A stretch of 64,000 nucleotides of DNA from an uncultured delta proteobacterium. GTDB lineage: Bacteria > Desulfobacterota > Zymogenia > Zymogenales > Zymogenaceae. Positions 31,484-43,299 of this stretch are shown here, in pieces (position 1 is the stretch's first letter; each line of letters starts with the position of its first letter). The DNA lies in the NCBI GenBank assembly GCA_963792965.1, contig CAWBYW010000016.1:115925-179924 (forward strand), written 5' to 3'. Under the pieces are notes generated by a model. That model had not been told where the DNA came from. It did no database searches and was given only the letters and a program-made list of their open reading frames with translations. The translations under genes and the position numbers were made by a program.

Positions 31484-33072
31484 GTGTACGGAACGGATGA
31501 AGGATACGACGGGTGGGAGGGATATCTTGCCTTATTCATGATTTTCGCGGTCGGCACCGCCCTCAGGGCGGTCATGCTTTTTCACCAGACCGTTATCTCG
31601 CCCGATAGTCCCGGGTATATTTATAATGCCCTCGCAATCGGTAAGGAAGGGCTGAAAAGTCTCTTCGCAGGCGGTTTCGCCGGGAATTTCTCCATCTACC
31701 CCATCTTCATCTACCTTACCAATCTCGTGATCGGCGATCCGGTATTGTCCGGTCAGCTGGTCTCGCTCGTATTCGGTTCGCTCGCTATTTTGCTCGTTTA
31801 TCCCATCACGAAAGAGATAATGGGTGCGCGGGCCGGGCTCATCGTCGCCTTTCTCGTGGCCGTTCATCCGCACCTGATCAGGTATTCGGGGATGGTCCTG
31901 AAAGACTCGACCCTGATCTTCTTCGCCCTCGGGGCTGTGGCCCTGGGTCTGTTTGGGTGCACGAGAAGGAACAGGCTCCTCATCGTCCTTGCCGGGATCT
32001 TGGCATGGACCACGGCGGTCGTGCGTCTGTATGGCATCATCGTCGTCCCCTCGCTCGCTCTCGCCATCGTTGTCTATACCCTTTTTCAGAGGGAAGGGAT
32101 AAAGGAGACGCTCCTTCGTCTGGCCCTCTTTCTCTTTCCCCTGCCCGTCGTGGGGTACATCGCGTTCCTCATCTTTATCGGGCCCCACAATGAATTCTTC
32201 ATCGAGAGTTTCCTGAAGGTCCTCACCATTGTCGTATCCTTTGTTCATCAGACCGGGACCTACCGGGACCTGCTTTTGCGTGGCAATCCCGAAATCAGTC
32301 GTGGTTATCTGGACGTGATAACCCGCTATCCCCGGGTTTCGGCCGCCGTTCATTTCGTTGCTGTTTTTGGAACCGCGTTCTTTTTTTTCTTTTTCGTCCT
32401 TTTTCTGTTGGGCATCTACATTGACAGGAAAAATCTCCTCAACAAGGGCCCGCGCCTCTTCATTCTTTCGTTTGCCTCGGTATACATCTTTTTCGATCTT
32501 GCCATTCTCATGGTCTTCTTCTTCCTCACGAAAAGGCAGCTCATGCCGCTCGTTATCGTTCTTCTCCCCTGGTCGGCGCTCACGTTCGAAAGGGGCATCA
32601 CGTGGCTCACGGACTATTCGCGTGCCCGCGCAGAAGAAGAACGCGGCAGATCCTTCGGGCGACAGTTCCGCTCCTCGCCGTTATCTGGATCGTCGGCGCC
32701 TTCTCTTACACAAGTTCTCCGACCGCGGAAGGTGCGCTGCTCGGGTACAAAAGGGCGGCGGGCGAGTATATCAAGGAGACGGCAGGCGGCCATCCCCTGA
32801 TTCTTCTTCCCCACGCCGATGCCGAAGGACTGGTCGTCTTCTATGCGGGCGCCGAGGGCATATCCTTCGATGACCCGGCCACAATCGAGAAGATGATCGA
32901 TACCGATGACCCCAATATCATCTTGTGGGATACGGTCCTCGGCCCCCTGCCGAAGGAGTTTCCTCTGCTGGTTGAGCACGGCAAAATCGAGCATATCACG
33001 ACGATACCGGGCTCAGGCACCAATGTTATCTATATCTATCGGAATACCCGAAACGAAACCGGCAGGCGGTAG
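31484..33072 (+). CDS. ArnT/PMT-family (GT39/GT83-like) membrane glycosyltransferase with C-terminal periplasmic domain (apparent frameshift at about 32620)
   Basis: Polytopic N-terminal region with a DxD-less PMT-like pattern. The tail of ORF 31484..32800 is nonsense, and ORF 32602..33072 continues in another frame. Confidence 0.6.
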
Positions 33073-33176
33073 GCGCCACGGAAGGCCCGCAAAAAAGGGG
33101 CTGGAGAAAACTATCCCCAACCCCTCTTGTTTCCCACGACTCGCCCCGCCGAGCGGCGGCGTCCCAAAATCTCAGA

Positions 33177-33800
33177 TCAGTTGGTCGCCGGGACCACGTT
33201 GAAGGCCACGGAGGTGTAGTATTCATTGTCAAAATAGATGTCCCAGCGCCACTGACCCGTGGGGTCACCCGAGGGATTAAACCCCCAGTAGCTGGTAAAG
33301 ATGTCGCTGTCCGGCGTCAGCGTGGTGCTATAGACGGCGCGGTTCTCCGCCGGGTAGGTTTTATAGCTTCCCTCGCTCCCCTCCCAGAGGGTCCAGTTCT
33401 GGGGCGCATAGGGGAAAAACTCCTCTTCACGGTAGGAAACCGGATGTCCGCTGTTGCTTTTGTATTTGAATGAGATGCCGAAATAGGTGCTCGGGATGTA
33501 CGGTATGGTAGTCGCGTCCTCATACACGTAGAGATTTCCCGAGCCGTCGTCCTTCATCTTGCCCATCCTGAATTCAGTGATGACACACGTCGTGAGGGCT
33601 TGCGGGGGCGACATCCCGGGCCCGACCACGCTCGGCACTCCGGGCTGGGACGGCGCGCCATACGGCTGCGGGCCCGCGGGCCCCGCCTGTCCGGGTCCCC
33701 CGGCTCCTATCCCGAGCATCTGTTTGATCCTGTCGCATCCCGTCCCCGCGAAGGCCAGCGCAAGCACAAGGAGGGACAAAATAATCAGGTTCTTTCTCAT
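33177..33800 (-). CDS. Secreted protein / putative lipoprotein with Pro/Gly-rich linker, hypothetical
   Basis: Signal peptide with a Cys at position 22 and a PGQAGPAGPQPYGAPSQPG linker. The C-terminal domain is aromatic-rich. Confidence 0.45.
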   Translation of the reverse strand: MRKNLIILSLLVLALAFAGTGCDRIKQMLGIGAGGPGQAGPAGPQPYGAPSQPGVPSVVGPGMSPPQALTTCVITEFRMGKMKDDGSGNLYVYEDATTIPYIPSTYFGISFKYKSNSGHPVSYREEEFFPYAPQNWTLWEGSEGSYKTYPAENRAVYSTTLTPDSDIFTSYWGFNPSGDPTGQWRWDIYFDNEYYTSVAFNVVPATN

Positions 33801-33932
33801 ATCGTGCTCCTTTATCTATAGTCTATCATAGGCCGAAAAGTAGATGTTTTTCGTATAGTAATGAAATCGGGGTCCCCTGTCAAGGGGGGAAAGACCCGAC
33901 CCACCGTTTTGACGGACGACACCGGACCCGAT

Positions 33933-34580
33933 TCAGGGCAACCGTTCCCCCCGCGTGGACGCCCGGCCCTGCCCCCCGATAACCTTTACCGCCTCCTCAT
34001 AGGCCAGCACATACCCCCACCGATTTTTCTCCCTGTCCGTCCGCTCCGAAAGGAGCGCGTCGATCTCGCCGGTGTTCCGGGTGACGGGCTTGGGTCCCGA
34101 AAGGCCCTTTTTCAACGCGTCGATCTCGCCGGCATAGTAGACCGCGAGTCCCTCCGAAAACCAGAGCGGCACGTGGGTGCCGAAACGAAGCCGGAGAAGC
34201 GCGAGACACACCTCATGGGCGACGGTCGACTTCAACACCCCGCGCTCTTTCAGGACGTTCACCGGCTGCAGGTAGATCGATCCGTCGATCATCGCCGAGG
34301 CCGACCAGAACGGCAGCCTCGTCTGGGCCGTGAAATCTCCGGTCTCCTTGAAGATCACCACGTCGATGGGACGGCCCGCGCCGCTCCCAACCCTCGTTTC
34401 CATCGCGGTGTATGCCGATTCGAGGGCGTCCTTTACCTCCGAGAGCTCGCCGGCCCGAAGGGTCTCGGCGAAATAGATATTGAAATGCCGTGTCTGGGTC
34501 TGGGCAAAGTCAAGGGCGCCTGCCTCTCGGCTGATGACGAGAAGAAGGCACGAGATCAGAAATAGGAACGGTCTTCTCAA
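33933..34580 (-). CDS. Secreted hypothetical protein (last gene of the A2M-PBP operon)
   Basis: Signal peptide. There are 4-nt overlaps with the upstream PBP gene. No confident family is recognised (an HEVCL segment is present but there is no HExxH). Confidence 0.4.
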   Translation of the reverse strand: MRRPFLFLISCLLLVISREAGALDFAQTQTRHFNIYFAETLRAGELSEVKDALESAYTAMETRVGSGAGRPIDVVIFKETGDFTAQTRLPFWSASAMIDGSIYLQPVNVLKERGVLKSTVAHEVCLALLRLRFGTHVPLWFSEGLAVYYAGEIDALKKGLSGPKPVTRNTGEIDALLSERTDREKNRWGYVLAYEEAVKVIGGQGRASTRGERLP

Positions 34581-35605
34581 TCCGTATGCACGCCTCCGAA
34601 ATAGACGCGGAAAACCTCCCGGGCCACCGGCGCGGCATCCTCACCCCCCCGGCCGTGGTAGAGGAAGACGACCACGGCGATCTCGGGGTTCTCGGCGGGG
34701 GCAAAACCCAAGAACCAGGCGTGAGTCGCCCAGCTGGAGCCGAGGAACTCGCCGGTGCCGGTTTTGCCCATAATCTCGTGCCCGTCCGGCGTCCCCTTGA
34801 CGGCGGTTCCGTACGCCGCCGCATCGCGCATTCCCTCGGCGAGGATCGGCGCCGCGCGGGAAACCTCTACCTTCCTGTTGAGTCTCGGCGAAAATGAACC
34901 GATATCGTCTGCGGTGGGGGTCACGCGGGGAACCCAGATACTGCCCCCGTTCACGAGGGCCGAAAGATTCACGATCACCTGAAGGGGCGTCGCCGTGACG
35001 TTGTCGGTGTCTCCGATGACATACTCACGGGCAAACGCCGGCTCGGGGGGGATGAGCCTTCCCGCCTCCTCCTGTGGAAGGTTGACCCCGGTCTTTTCTC
35101 CAAACCCGAGCTCGGAAAGCCCCCGGTAGGTGGTGTCGGCGCCCAGCGTCTCGGCAAGGGAAAGGAAATAGAGATTACACGAGTAGGCGATCCCGCGGAC
35201 AAGGTTGAGATCACCGTGTCCGGGGGGGTACCAGCAATCGTATTTCGTTCCCGATATAACGGCACTCCCGGTACACCTGAAGCGAGCGTCGGGAGAGATA
35301 CGCTTCTCTTCGATCCCTTTCCAGACGCTCACAAGCTTGACGAGCGAGCCGGGGGGAAAGGCCCAGCGTGTCGCCATGTCGGGCCCCACCATCGCTCTGA
35401 TGCGTCCCGTCTTCACGTCCATGACGACGACCGCCCCGGTCCGGCCCGCCAGGGCGTCGGATGCCGCGCTTTCGAGGAGGGCGTCGCCTTTCAACACCTG
35501 TTCCGGGCCCGGCCTGCAACCCGAGGCGAAGAGAAATAAAAGGGCGACCCCCCCGATGAGGGGTCGCCGAAAGAGTAAACGAATCCGCCGCCGGATCCCC
35601 GTCAT
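34577..35605 (-). CDS. Penicillin-binding protein, transpeptidase-domain-only (PbpC-like partner of alpha-2-macroglobulin)
   Basis: Lipobox-like LFLFASGC. Transpeptidase motifs include SxxK (PGSLVKLV), SCN (YSCNLYF) and KTG (GKTGTGEF). There is no transglycosylase domain. It overlaps the A2M stop by 4 nt. Confidence 0.75.
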   Translation of the reverse strand: MTGIRRRIRLLFRRPLIGGVALLFLFASGCRPGPEQVLKGDALLESAASDALAGRTGAVVVMDVKTGRIRAMVGPDMATRWAFPPGSLVKLVSVWKGIEEKRISPDARFRCTGSAVISGTKYDCWYPPGHGDLNLVRGIAYSCNLYFLSLAETLGADTTYRGLSELGFGEKTGVNLPQEEAGRLIPPEPAFAREYVIGDTDNVTATPLQVIVNLSALVNGGSIWVPRVTPTADDIGSFSPRLNRKVEVSRAAPILAEGMRDAAAYGTAVKGTPDGHEIMGKTGTGEFLGSSWATHAWFLGFAPAENPEIAVVVFLYHGRGGEDAAPVAREVFRVYFGGVHTD

Positions 35606-38600
35606 TTCCCCTCGGTGATGACAAGGCTTGAGCTTCCCGTCCTTCCGAAGCGGTCCGGGAAGTACATCAGGTACGCCTCGGCCGGCATGACACCGTAGGT
35701 CCCCGGGTTTTGGGCGCGGAGGATATACTTGAAGACATAGGTCCCCACGTCGACGTAGTCCATCGATAGAGCGATCCGCTCATCCCGGAATTCCCTTCCG
35801 GCAAACCACCAGTCCGCATCGCCGGTATAGAGATCGTCCCCGGAGATGACATAGTTTTTATCGTCGCTGATGGCCTCATAGCCCGCCGGGTAGTAGTCCT
35901 CCAGCAGGAAGTATTGGGCCTTCTTGTCGGTCGTGACCGAAAGCTCCACGAGGATCTCGTCCCCGCTACTGACCGGGCCGCTGAGCGGCACCTTCGCGTA
36001 GATGAGCTCTCCCTTCTTGGGCACCTTCTTGAGGAGGTAGTACTTTCTGCTCACGGCAAATCCGGCGTTCAGCGGGGCTATCGAGGGGGCCGCGCTGTAG
36101 TGCGTGAAGGTCGAGGAATAGTAGAGGCTACCCGGCCCGTCCTTCTTGATGACGATCGTATTGGGGCCGGTCTTGAGATCCCCTTCCTTGACGGTAATCG
36201 TTCCCCCCTCGGTGAGCATCGTCTCCTTGGTGATGTGGCTCTTCTTGAGCTGTTTGCCGTTGAGGGTAAGCGTCATGGTGTAGTTCGGCTTGATCTCCCC
36301 GGTCCGGGTGATGTAGTCCGTCAGGGCATAGATGATCTTCCCCGTGGCCTTGGTGGAGCGCCAGTAGCTTCCGGTCCGGTTGATGATAAGCCAGCGGATC
36401 GTCTTGGGGATGAGGGGATTATTGACGTCGCGCATGGCCATCACCCGCAAAACGTACGCGGTGGTCTCCAGGGGATCGGCCTCCCAGTCCCACCAATAGA
36501 AGTCCTCTCCGACGTAACCCCAGTGAACATAGCCGTTCTCCTGGATCTTTTCCTTCATGAGCAGGTCATACAGGACGTTGGCCTTCTCCCGGATCCCCTC
36601 GTTCTCGTAGGCCAACAGCAGCATCGCCTGAGAAATGGGGGTGAGCTTGTCGCGCTTCTCGAACATCTCGTCGAGCCACGCGGTCTTGAGCTTGTCCGTG
36701 TAGGACAAGACGTAGAGGGCGTAGACCTTGACGGAGTCCTGATCGATCTTGCTCAGCTGAGAGATGAGGGACGCGGTGCCGCGCTTGATGACGCCCTCGT
36801 CCACGGTGATGGGAATGCCTGCCTCGGGAAGGAGGCGTTTCGCTTCGAGGAGCCCGTACAACACGTAGGCGGTCATGTAGGGATCGGTCTCGTCGAACTC
36901 GTACCACCCCCAGCCGTTATCGTCGTGCTGCCGTTTGTAGAGCACCATGAGCCCGCTCTTGATGTAGGCGGGGAGGTCCTTCTCTACGCTCTTATCGGAA
37001 AGGTCAAGCTTCTTTAATACCGACGCGACCATGACTGATGGCAAGAACCTTGCCATTACCTGCTCGTTTCACCCATAGGGGTAGCCGACGAGGAATGGTA
37101 TAGCGGCAAGCATTGTGTTGACGAGCGATGGACTGGTGGTAATGGTGAGCTCAGCAGCGTTCTTTATCGTGTTGGCGGGCTTGTTGACCGTCACCGTGAG
37201 CGTCCCGGAGTCCTTGATGATCTCTCCCATATCGTTCTTTGTCTCTTTGATGCCGAGCGGGAGGATCGGCACCTTTATCTCCATTCCGTCGGAGACCTCG
37301 TTGGTCATCGCCTTTGCCGTGAGAACGGCACTTCCCACGAGGTCCGCCCTGACGTGCCAGTCGACGCGCTTCTCTCCGTTTTTCGGGACGATTGCATCGA
37401 CCGGAACGCCGGAAGCGAGCGTCAATCCCTTTGCGTCGAACGTGAAGTGCACCTTCTTGTCGGTCGACAGGTAATTATGGGCGATGGTGGAGATTACGAG
37501 GTCGTCCCCCTGGCGCAGAAATCGCGGCGCCTCTATGCGGACGAGTAAGTCCTTGCGCTCGATGACCCGGTAGGTAGTCTCCCCCATGCTGTCGCCCGTG
37601 GTCACCCCCCGGACCGTCGCACGCCAACGCGTCAGGTTGTCCGGGAAGGTGACGGTGACCGTGGCCATACCCTTTGCGTTGGTCGTGATCGTGGGCGACC
37701 AGTACATCGTGTCCTTGAAGTCCTTTCGGATCAGCGGTTGAACGAGCGTGTCTCCCTTGAAGTCGGCAAGCTTCGTCTCTTTTTCCGGAAGTCCCGCCAG
37801 GAGTCCTTTCCGGTGAGAGTATCCGTAAAAGCGGAAGTAGAGGGATGACGACGTGTCCACGGAATGATAGCGCAGCGAGTAGAAATACTTCTGGATTTCG
37901 TCGACAAGCTCCGGTGAGATGGCGTAGATGGCGTCGTCCACGACGCCGAGCGACACCTCTGCCGACACGGGTTTGCCTGTGCTGTCCGTCGTCTTTATCG
38001 TAAAGGTGCCCTTTTCTTGCGGCTCGTACGTCGCCTTATTGGAGGTCACCTCGACGTTGATGAACTTTTCGGTCGGTGGGATGATGATGTTCTTGCTGTC
38101 CGAATAGAGCTCATCGTTGAAGATCGCGGCAACCGAGAGGTAGATGTTGGGGGTGTATCTCTCCTTTATGGGGAGATCCAGCATCGCCGTGCCACCCGTG
38201 GCTTTGATGACTCGGCTATCAAGGATCGAGTCTCCCTCGGTGGTAATCAACAGATAGGTATCCTTCACCGGCGCGGCGATCAGGATGTGGGCGGTATCGC
38301 CCACCGCGTAGGTATCCTTGTCGGGGATAATCGTGACGCCGCCCTCCGACGTCCCGCCGTAGGCATACCCCTCCGTAAAGGAATACGATGAGTCCTTGGC
38401 CGTGGTGGAGTTGCCCGCGTTATCGAAGACCGTGGCGATGAAATTGACGTCGCCCACGTTTTTCACCGTATATTCGATGACGGCGTCCCCACCGGAGTTC
38501 GTCCTTCCCGAAAGGGTGGCCGAGCTCGTGACCTTGCCCCCCTGCCAGTCGGTCTCCGTGACGATGAGCGTCACCGGCACATTCGCCACACCCTTGTTGT

Positions 38601-40254
38601 CAAAGTCGGAGACGTTGACCGTGATCCGCGCCTTATCCCCCGGCGCGTAGACCCAGCGGTCGGGACGTAGCGAAACGGTGTAGTTTGACCGAACGACCTT
38701 GACGACGCTGCTGGTGGTAACCACCCGGCGCGAGAGATCGGTAACGTTGGCCTCGATGGTGAAGGTATAGTCGTTGTCGGGCGACTCAAGGTATTGCGAC
38801 GTGTCTACCGTGAGCCTGAGCTTCCCGGCGTTGTCGAGCATAGCCGTGCCACTGTCCACCATGACCTTCTCGGTGGCGGTCCAGTAGTCTTCGTCCATGA
38901 AGTACCAGCCCCAGTCGTACCCCCACCACCAGGGGCGCTCGTAGACCGACCGGTAGACCGTATAGTCCACCTTGGCCTCCGTTACGGGGCTGCCGAAGTA
39001 GTAGCCCGCCTCGATATCGGCCGTGATCGTGTCGCCCCGGATGTAGACGTTCTTATCCGTCCTGATCTTGACCTCGTATTCGGGCTTCTTGTACTCCTCC
39101 ACCTTGAAGCTGTTGTAGTAGTTCTGTCCATTCAGTCCCACGACGATCTGATATTCGCCGAGCGAGGGCTCCTCTCCGAGGGTGAAGTCCCCCGAGAGGC
39201 TCCCGTACTTATTAATCTTATAGTTGTTCCGGAAGACCTCGTCGCCCTTGGCGTCGTCGATGATGACCAGGTAGTCGTCGCCGGTGTCGGGAACCTTCAG
39301 CCCCGAGTCGGTGGCGTTTCTCAGGATCGAGCGAAAATGCACCGTGTCGCCGGGACGGTAGACGGGTCGGTCGGTGTAGGTGTAGACCTTGTCGCTTGCT
39401 TCCCCTTCCCCGTAGGCATAGGGGTCGGCCAGGGTGAAGTTCTCGCCGTCCTGGGCGAAGACATAGATGACGTCACTCTCGGTCGCTTTCACCTTGGAGT
39501 AGTAGATCCCGTCGGAGTCCGTCTTCCCCTTGAAGAGGAGTTTTTTCTGGTTGTCGTAGACCGATACCTTAACGCCTTTCATCGGTTTGCCGGTTACCCG
39601 GTCGGCCACGTAGATAAGGCTGTCGGTGCTCGAGTTCTTCACGACAAACGACATGGGGGTAACGACGACCATCGTATAGGCCACCGAATCCTCAAAGACC
39701 GCCTCGACGAGGTAGCACCCCGGTTTCGGGACTTTGACGTCTATGTTGTGGTACTCCCACTGTCCACTGCCCGAGATGACCAACTTCTCCTGCCAGCGGT
39801 TGAGGAGCTTGAACTGGGTCAGGATCGGGAAGAGCTCGTAGGTCTGTGGCGCGGGTGAGACGGGCTCCTGGGCGTGCGGCAGGCCGAGTGCCGAGACGAC
39901 ATCGTCTCGGATGTTGTCGGAGAGTTTTGAGCGATAGTCGTCCCGGAAGAGTTCTACCCCCTTCCGTTTGATCGCCCCAACCATCTCGGCGGGGGCCGAT
40001 GTCCCCCGTTTCGTCGTCACCACCGGCGAGTGGACGTCATCGAGCCCGAGGAAGTACGATTTCGGATCGTCTACCCGGTAGAGCCGGATATCGAGGGACG
40101 GGACATCCATGGAGGAAACGGTGACGGTGACGGGCTCCCCCGGAGCGAAGATCTTGTCCGTGGAGAGCTCAAAGGAGCCTGCGAGCGTCACGGCCGGCAG
40201 TGTTAAGAGCAATACGATCGAAAGAATAAGGGACTTTTTCATAGTTTCCCTCAA
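35602..40254 (-). CDS. Periplasmic alpha-2-macroglobulin, about 1550 aa, interrupted by a single in-frame TGA at the thioester-cysteine position
   Basis: Signal peptide followed by about 1000 aa of MG-type beta-sandwich repeats. Then comes GYPYG-[TGA]-NEQ, aligning with the canonical GYPYGCxEQ thioester motif. An alpha/alpha-toroid thioester-containing (TED) domain follows (DDNGWGWY...), then a C-terminal receptor-binding-like domain. The two ORFs (37069..40254 and 35602..37056) are in the same frame and separated only by the TGA at 37069..37071. Confidence 0.8.
37038..37056 (-). promoter_or_regulatory. Perfect 8-bp stem-loop 12 nt downstream of the in-frame UGA (candidate bacterial SECIS element)
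   Basis: On the mRNA: UGA AACGAGCAGGUA AUGGCAAG-GUU-CUUGCCAU. The apical loop begins with G and lies about 20 nt from the UGA. Confidence 0.4.
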
Positions 40255-40485
40255 AGAATGGAGTATATCGTTGTTTGGTCTGTCACCGTGAGAGTGCGCG
40301 GCGACCGCGGCAATCCCCGGCTGTCGTTACCGATACGGAGGTAATAAGGATCCTTCCTCGAGAATCAGGGCTCGCCTCGTTGTGCCACATCGCCTGGCCT
40401 CCCACGATTCGGGCAGGAACGTTCCCCTGCAATGACCGAGAAGAGCTCCCACGATACTTTGGACCTCAAAAGCACCTATAAAGCT

Positions 40486-41583
40486 TTAGTTCAGTATCTT
40501 GAACCGATAATAACCCAAAAAATGGTCGTTCTCTCTTACCGGCCGCCAGCGCTCGTCCGGATGCACTTTGAGCGTGGCGAGCCTGACCTTCCTCACGTCC
40601 CCGTTATCGTGGGAGCGCGGGCCGGTGTGATAGACGAGCCAATCTTCGTTTACGTCCGAATCGCTCTCCTTTCCCCACTCGCCGAGGTAGATCATCATAT
40701 GGGAGGGCATCCGGGGGTTTTCCGGGTTGAAGAAAAAGAGGAGATCACCGGGAAGAATACCCTTCTCGGTTCGCCCGAGGAACACGACGTTGTACTGAAG
40801 CAGCGCCTCGGCCGATGCCGCCGCAGAAAAGTTGACGCCGATATCGGAAGGGACAAACGGCCCCGGCGCCGTCCGAAAGACATCGACTCCCAGCAGCGGC
40901 ACGTGGGGATAGGTGTACTTCTTCACGTCGGGATTTGCGGGGCTGACCAGCGTCGCGTAGGAGGAAAAGAAAGCGTCGTCGTGGCGCTTGAGCGCCTCGA
41001 CATAGGCAAAACGCACAAGCCCCGCACAGTCCCGGTTGATCTGGTCCCAGTGGCGGTTCTTCTCGTAGACTTGAGATTCCGCGATGGCGCAGAGCCACCG
41101 CCGGAAGTTGAGGCGGTCTGTGTCGCCGAAGAGCTCCACCACATCGGGAAACCCGTCCCCGTCCCGGTCACGCATGTCGGGGATAACATTCACCTGTGCC
41201 CGGGCAGGCGCCACCCCCGGAGACTCGGCCCGGATCGTGAGGTCACCCGTCTCGAAGGTCGAGATGAGCGTGAGGGAGGCCGTTCCGCGGACAAACGCGA
41301 GCGGTCCTGTTTCCACCCTTGTCGTCGCCGGGCCGACAAGCGTCACCGTAAGGGGTGCGCCGCAGCCGCGCGCAACATTCCCCCTGTCGGTCTTTGCAAG
41401 GATCGTGATCTCCACGGTATCTTCCTTGTTGGCCCAGAGCGTCTGCTTTGACACGGCGATCTCGATGCTTTTGGCCTTTGCGCACGACGTGATCAAACAG
41501 GCCAACAGGAGCGTCGAAAGGATCGCCGCTCCGCCTTTAATCCAGGTCCTTGACCCTGATCTTAAACCCGCCTTGAATTGCAT
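40486..41583 (-). CDS. DUF1175 (YfaT-like) family protein with N-terminal extension
   Basis: Lipobox-like LLLACLITSC. The C-terminal half carries the DUF1175 signature RDCAGLVRFAYVEAL...GDLLFFF...MMIYLGE...LVYHTGP...ERWRP...FLGYYRF, collinear with E. coli YfaT. The N-terminal about 170 aa add an Ig-like extension. Confidence 0.65.
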   Translation of the reverse strand: MQFKAGLRSGSRTWIKGGAAILSTLLLACLITSCAKAKSIEIAVSKQTLWANKEDTVEITILAKTDRGNVARGCGAPLTVTLVGPATTRVETGPLAFVRGTASLTLISTFETGDLTIRAESPGVAPARAQVNVIPDMRDRDGDGFPDVVELFGDTDRLNFRRWLCAIAESQVYEKNRHWDQINRDCAGLVRFAYVEALKRHDDAFFSSYATLVSPANPDVKKYTYPHVPLLGVDVFRTAPGPFVPSDIGVNFSAAASAEALLQYNVVFLGRTEKGILPGDLLFFFNPENPRMPSHMMIYLGEWGKESDSDVNEDWLVYHTGPRSHDNGDVRKVRLATLKVHPDERWRPVRENDHFLGYYRFKILN

Positions 41584-43280
41584 CACCGCTGAAGTTGACC
41601 CCCCCGTAGCATGAGACAAAAGATCTTCTGGTCAGTTCCACGAGCGGCACGAGCCGCTTTTCCGAATCCTGGTAGAGAAAGTATTTATAGTTTGCCGAGA
41701 TGTTGACGAGATAACCCTCGATCAACGACATGGCGTTGTTCCCGTCTACGTAGAGATAGAGGTCGTAGGCGTCTTTCGGCATGTCTTTTTGCGCCGAGAT
41801 GAACGCGGGCGACTTCACGAGAAAATCGCGGTCAAAAAGGCCGCCCGCCCCCGTCATCGAGGAAATAACAGAGAGGTCGTTGAGCTGCTCCATCGTCGAA
41901 AGGTCCCAGAAGAGGAAGAGCCTGTCATCCTTGAGCGCAAAACCAGGATTAGGCTTGACGGAGGCGACGTACGACGTCCCGTTCCAATCGAGGCTCTTTT
42001 CCCTGAACTGGCCCATATAGGAGATGTGAGCGGCGTCAAGCTCGAGGGGAGACGGGCCCGCATCTGAAGAATGAATAGCTGTAGAGCTTGCCGATATTGG
42101 TGGAAAGGGCCTCTTCTTTGCCCGGTGCCACCCCAACGGAGGCGATCGTCCTGAGGTACGGTTTTTCTCCCTCATACCCGATCCCGACGAGGGCCGCCAG
42201 CGCCCCCCTGCCGAGGTTGTTGATGATTCCACCCTCCAGGTCGAATCCGCCCTTGTCCTTCCATTTTTTCAGGATCGAGATGTAGTTTACCTTTTGGGCG
42301 ATGTCGGTAAACCAGACCTTCCCGAAATGGGTATAAAGGATGCCGGGGTCGAAGGCCCGAAACGCCACGAGCGCCGCCGTCTCGCCGGGCATCGCCGATA
42401 GGTCTATTGTCGCCTTATCGGAGAGCGACCCCAGCCCCGCCAGGAGGCTTTTCCCCTCGCCCCCGGTGTAGGGGGCAAAGAGCGTGATATCCGCGCCGGC
42501 CTCGGAAAAGGTGACCGAGAAAAGGAGCGCGTCCGTCCCCTTGAGAAGCCGTCTGGCATGGGCGACGATGCCCATCTCGGAGTCATCGGGGCTCATCGCC
42601 TTCGTTGAATAGAAAAGGATATGGTAGTCCTTTGGCAGGTGGGAGAGCCGATCCATGACGGCGGGGTTTCCGGAGAGGTTCTTTGGGTTTTGCCCCGTAA
42701 CGATGTCCCACTCGGATTTGAAGAGATCGGGGGAGTCGGAGACGATCGTATAGCCTTTGACGTTCTTGTAATAGATCTTCTTGTCTGTGCTCGCGACAAC
42801 CCAGACGGAATAGGAGCCCCAGTTTTCCTTCGTCACGTGGCTCGAAAAGATCGAAAAGAGGTTGATGAGAAAACCCTTAAACCAGCCCGTCTCAAGCAGC
42901 GCCGCCGAGGCCTCCTTTCCCTCGAGGGTCGTCCGATAGAAGACGGCCCGCGCACCTATGACCCACAGGAAGCGTTTCAGGGTCGGGCGAATCCCGGTCA
43001 TCTTCTCGATAGTCCCGAGCCTGGAGAGCATCGGGGCCGAGAGGTCGCTCTTGATCGGGCCCTCAAAGAGCGAAAGATCGCCGACTTCATCAAAATAATC
43101 GCTTGAGAGCAACGGCCTCAATCCTGCCCTGAGGTCCCTGAGGTAGACGAAGGAGTCTACGTTCTCCGGGATGATCTGATAGAGCTCGTAGGCGTCTCCG
43201 GCCACGGCACTAAGGGCCCCAAGCGAAAGGGCCGCGATAACGACCGCGCCGATCAGACATGCCCTGATCTTAGATCTCAT
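41537..43280 (-). CDS. Large secreted protein, YfaA/DUF2138-like (tentative), split by one apparent frameshift
   Basis: ORF 42036..43322 gives a signal peptide plus about 400 aa and ends in nonsense. ORF 41537..42232 starts in nonsense then continues with LELDAAHISYMGQFREKSL... The position upstream of DUF1175 mirrors the yfaA-yfaT arrangement. Confidence 0.45.
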
Positions 43281-43299
43281 GAATCCCTCCTTTTCTCCG

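Noticed and set aside
31532-32353. 273-aa minus-strand ORF
   Set aside because: Antisense to the ArnT/PMT-like membrane glycosyltransferase. The translation is highly charged and D/E/G-rich with no motifs.
35914-41451. Plus-strand ORFs 35914..37017, 38794..39858 and 40432..41451
   Set aside because: Antisense to the alpha-2-macroglobulin and DUF1175 genes. The compositions are V/G/D/R-rich and shadow-type.
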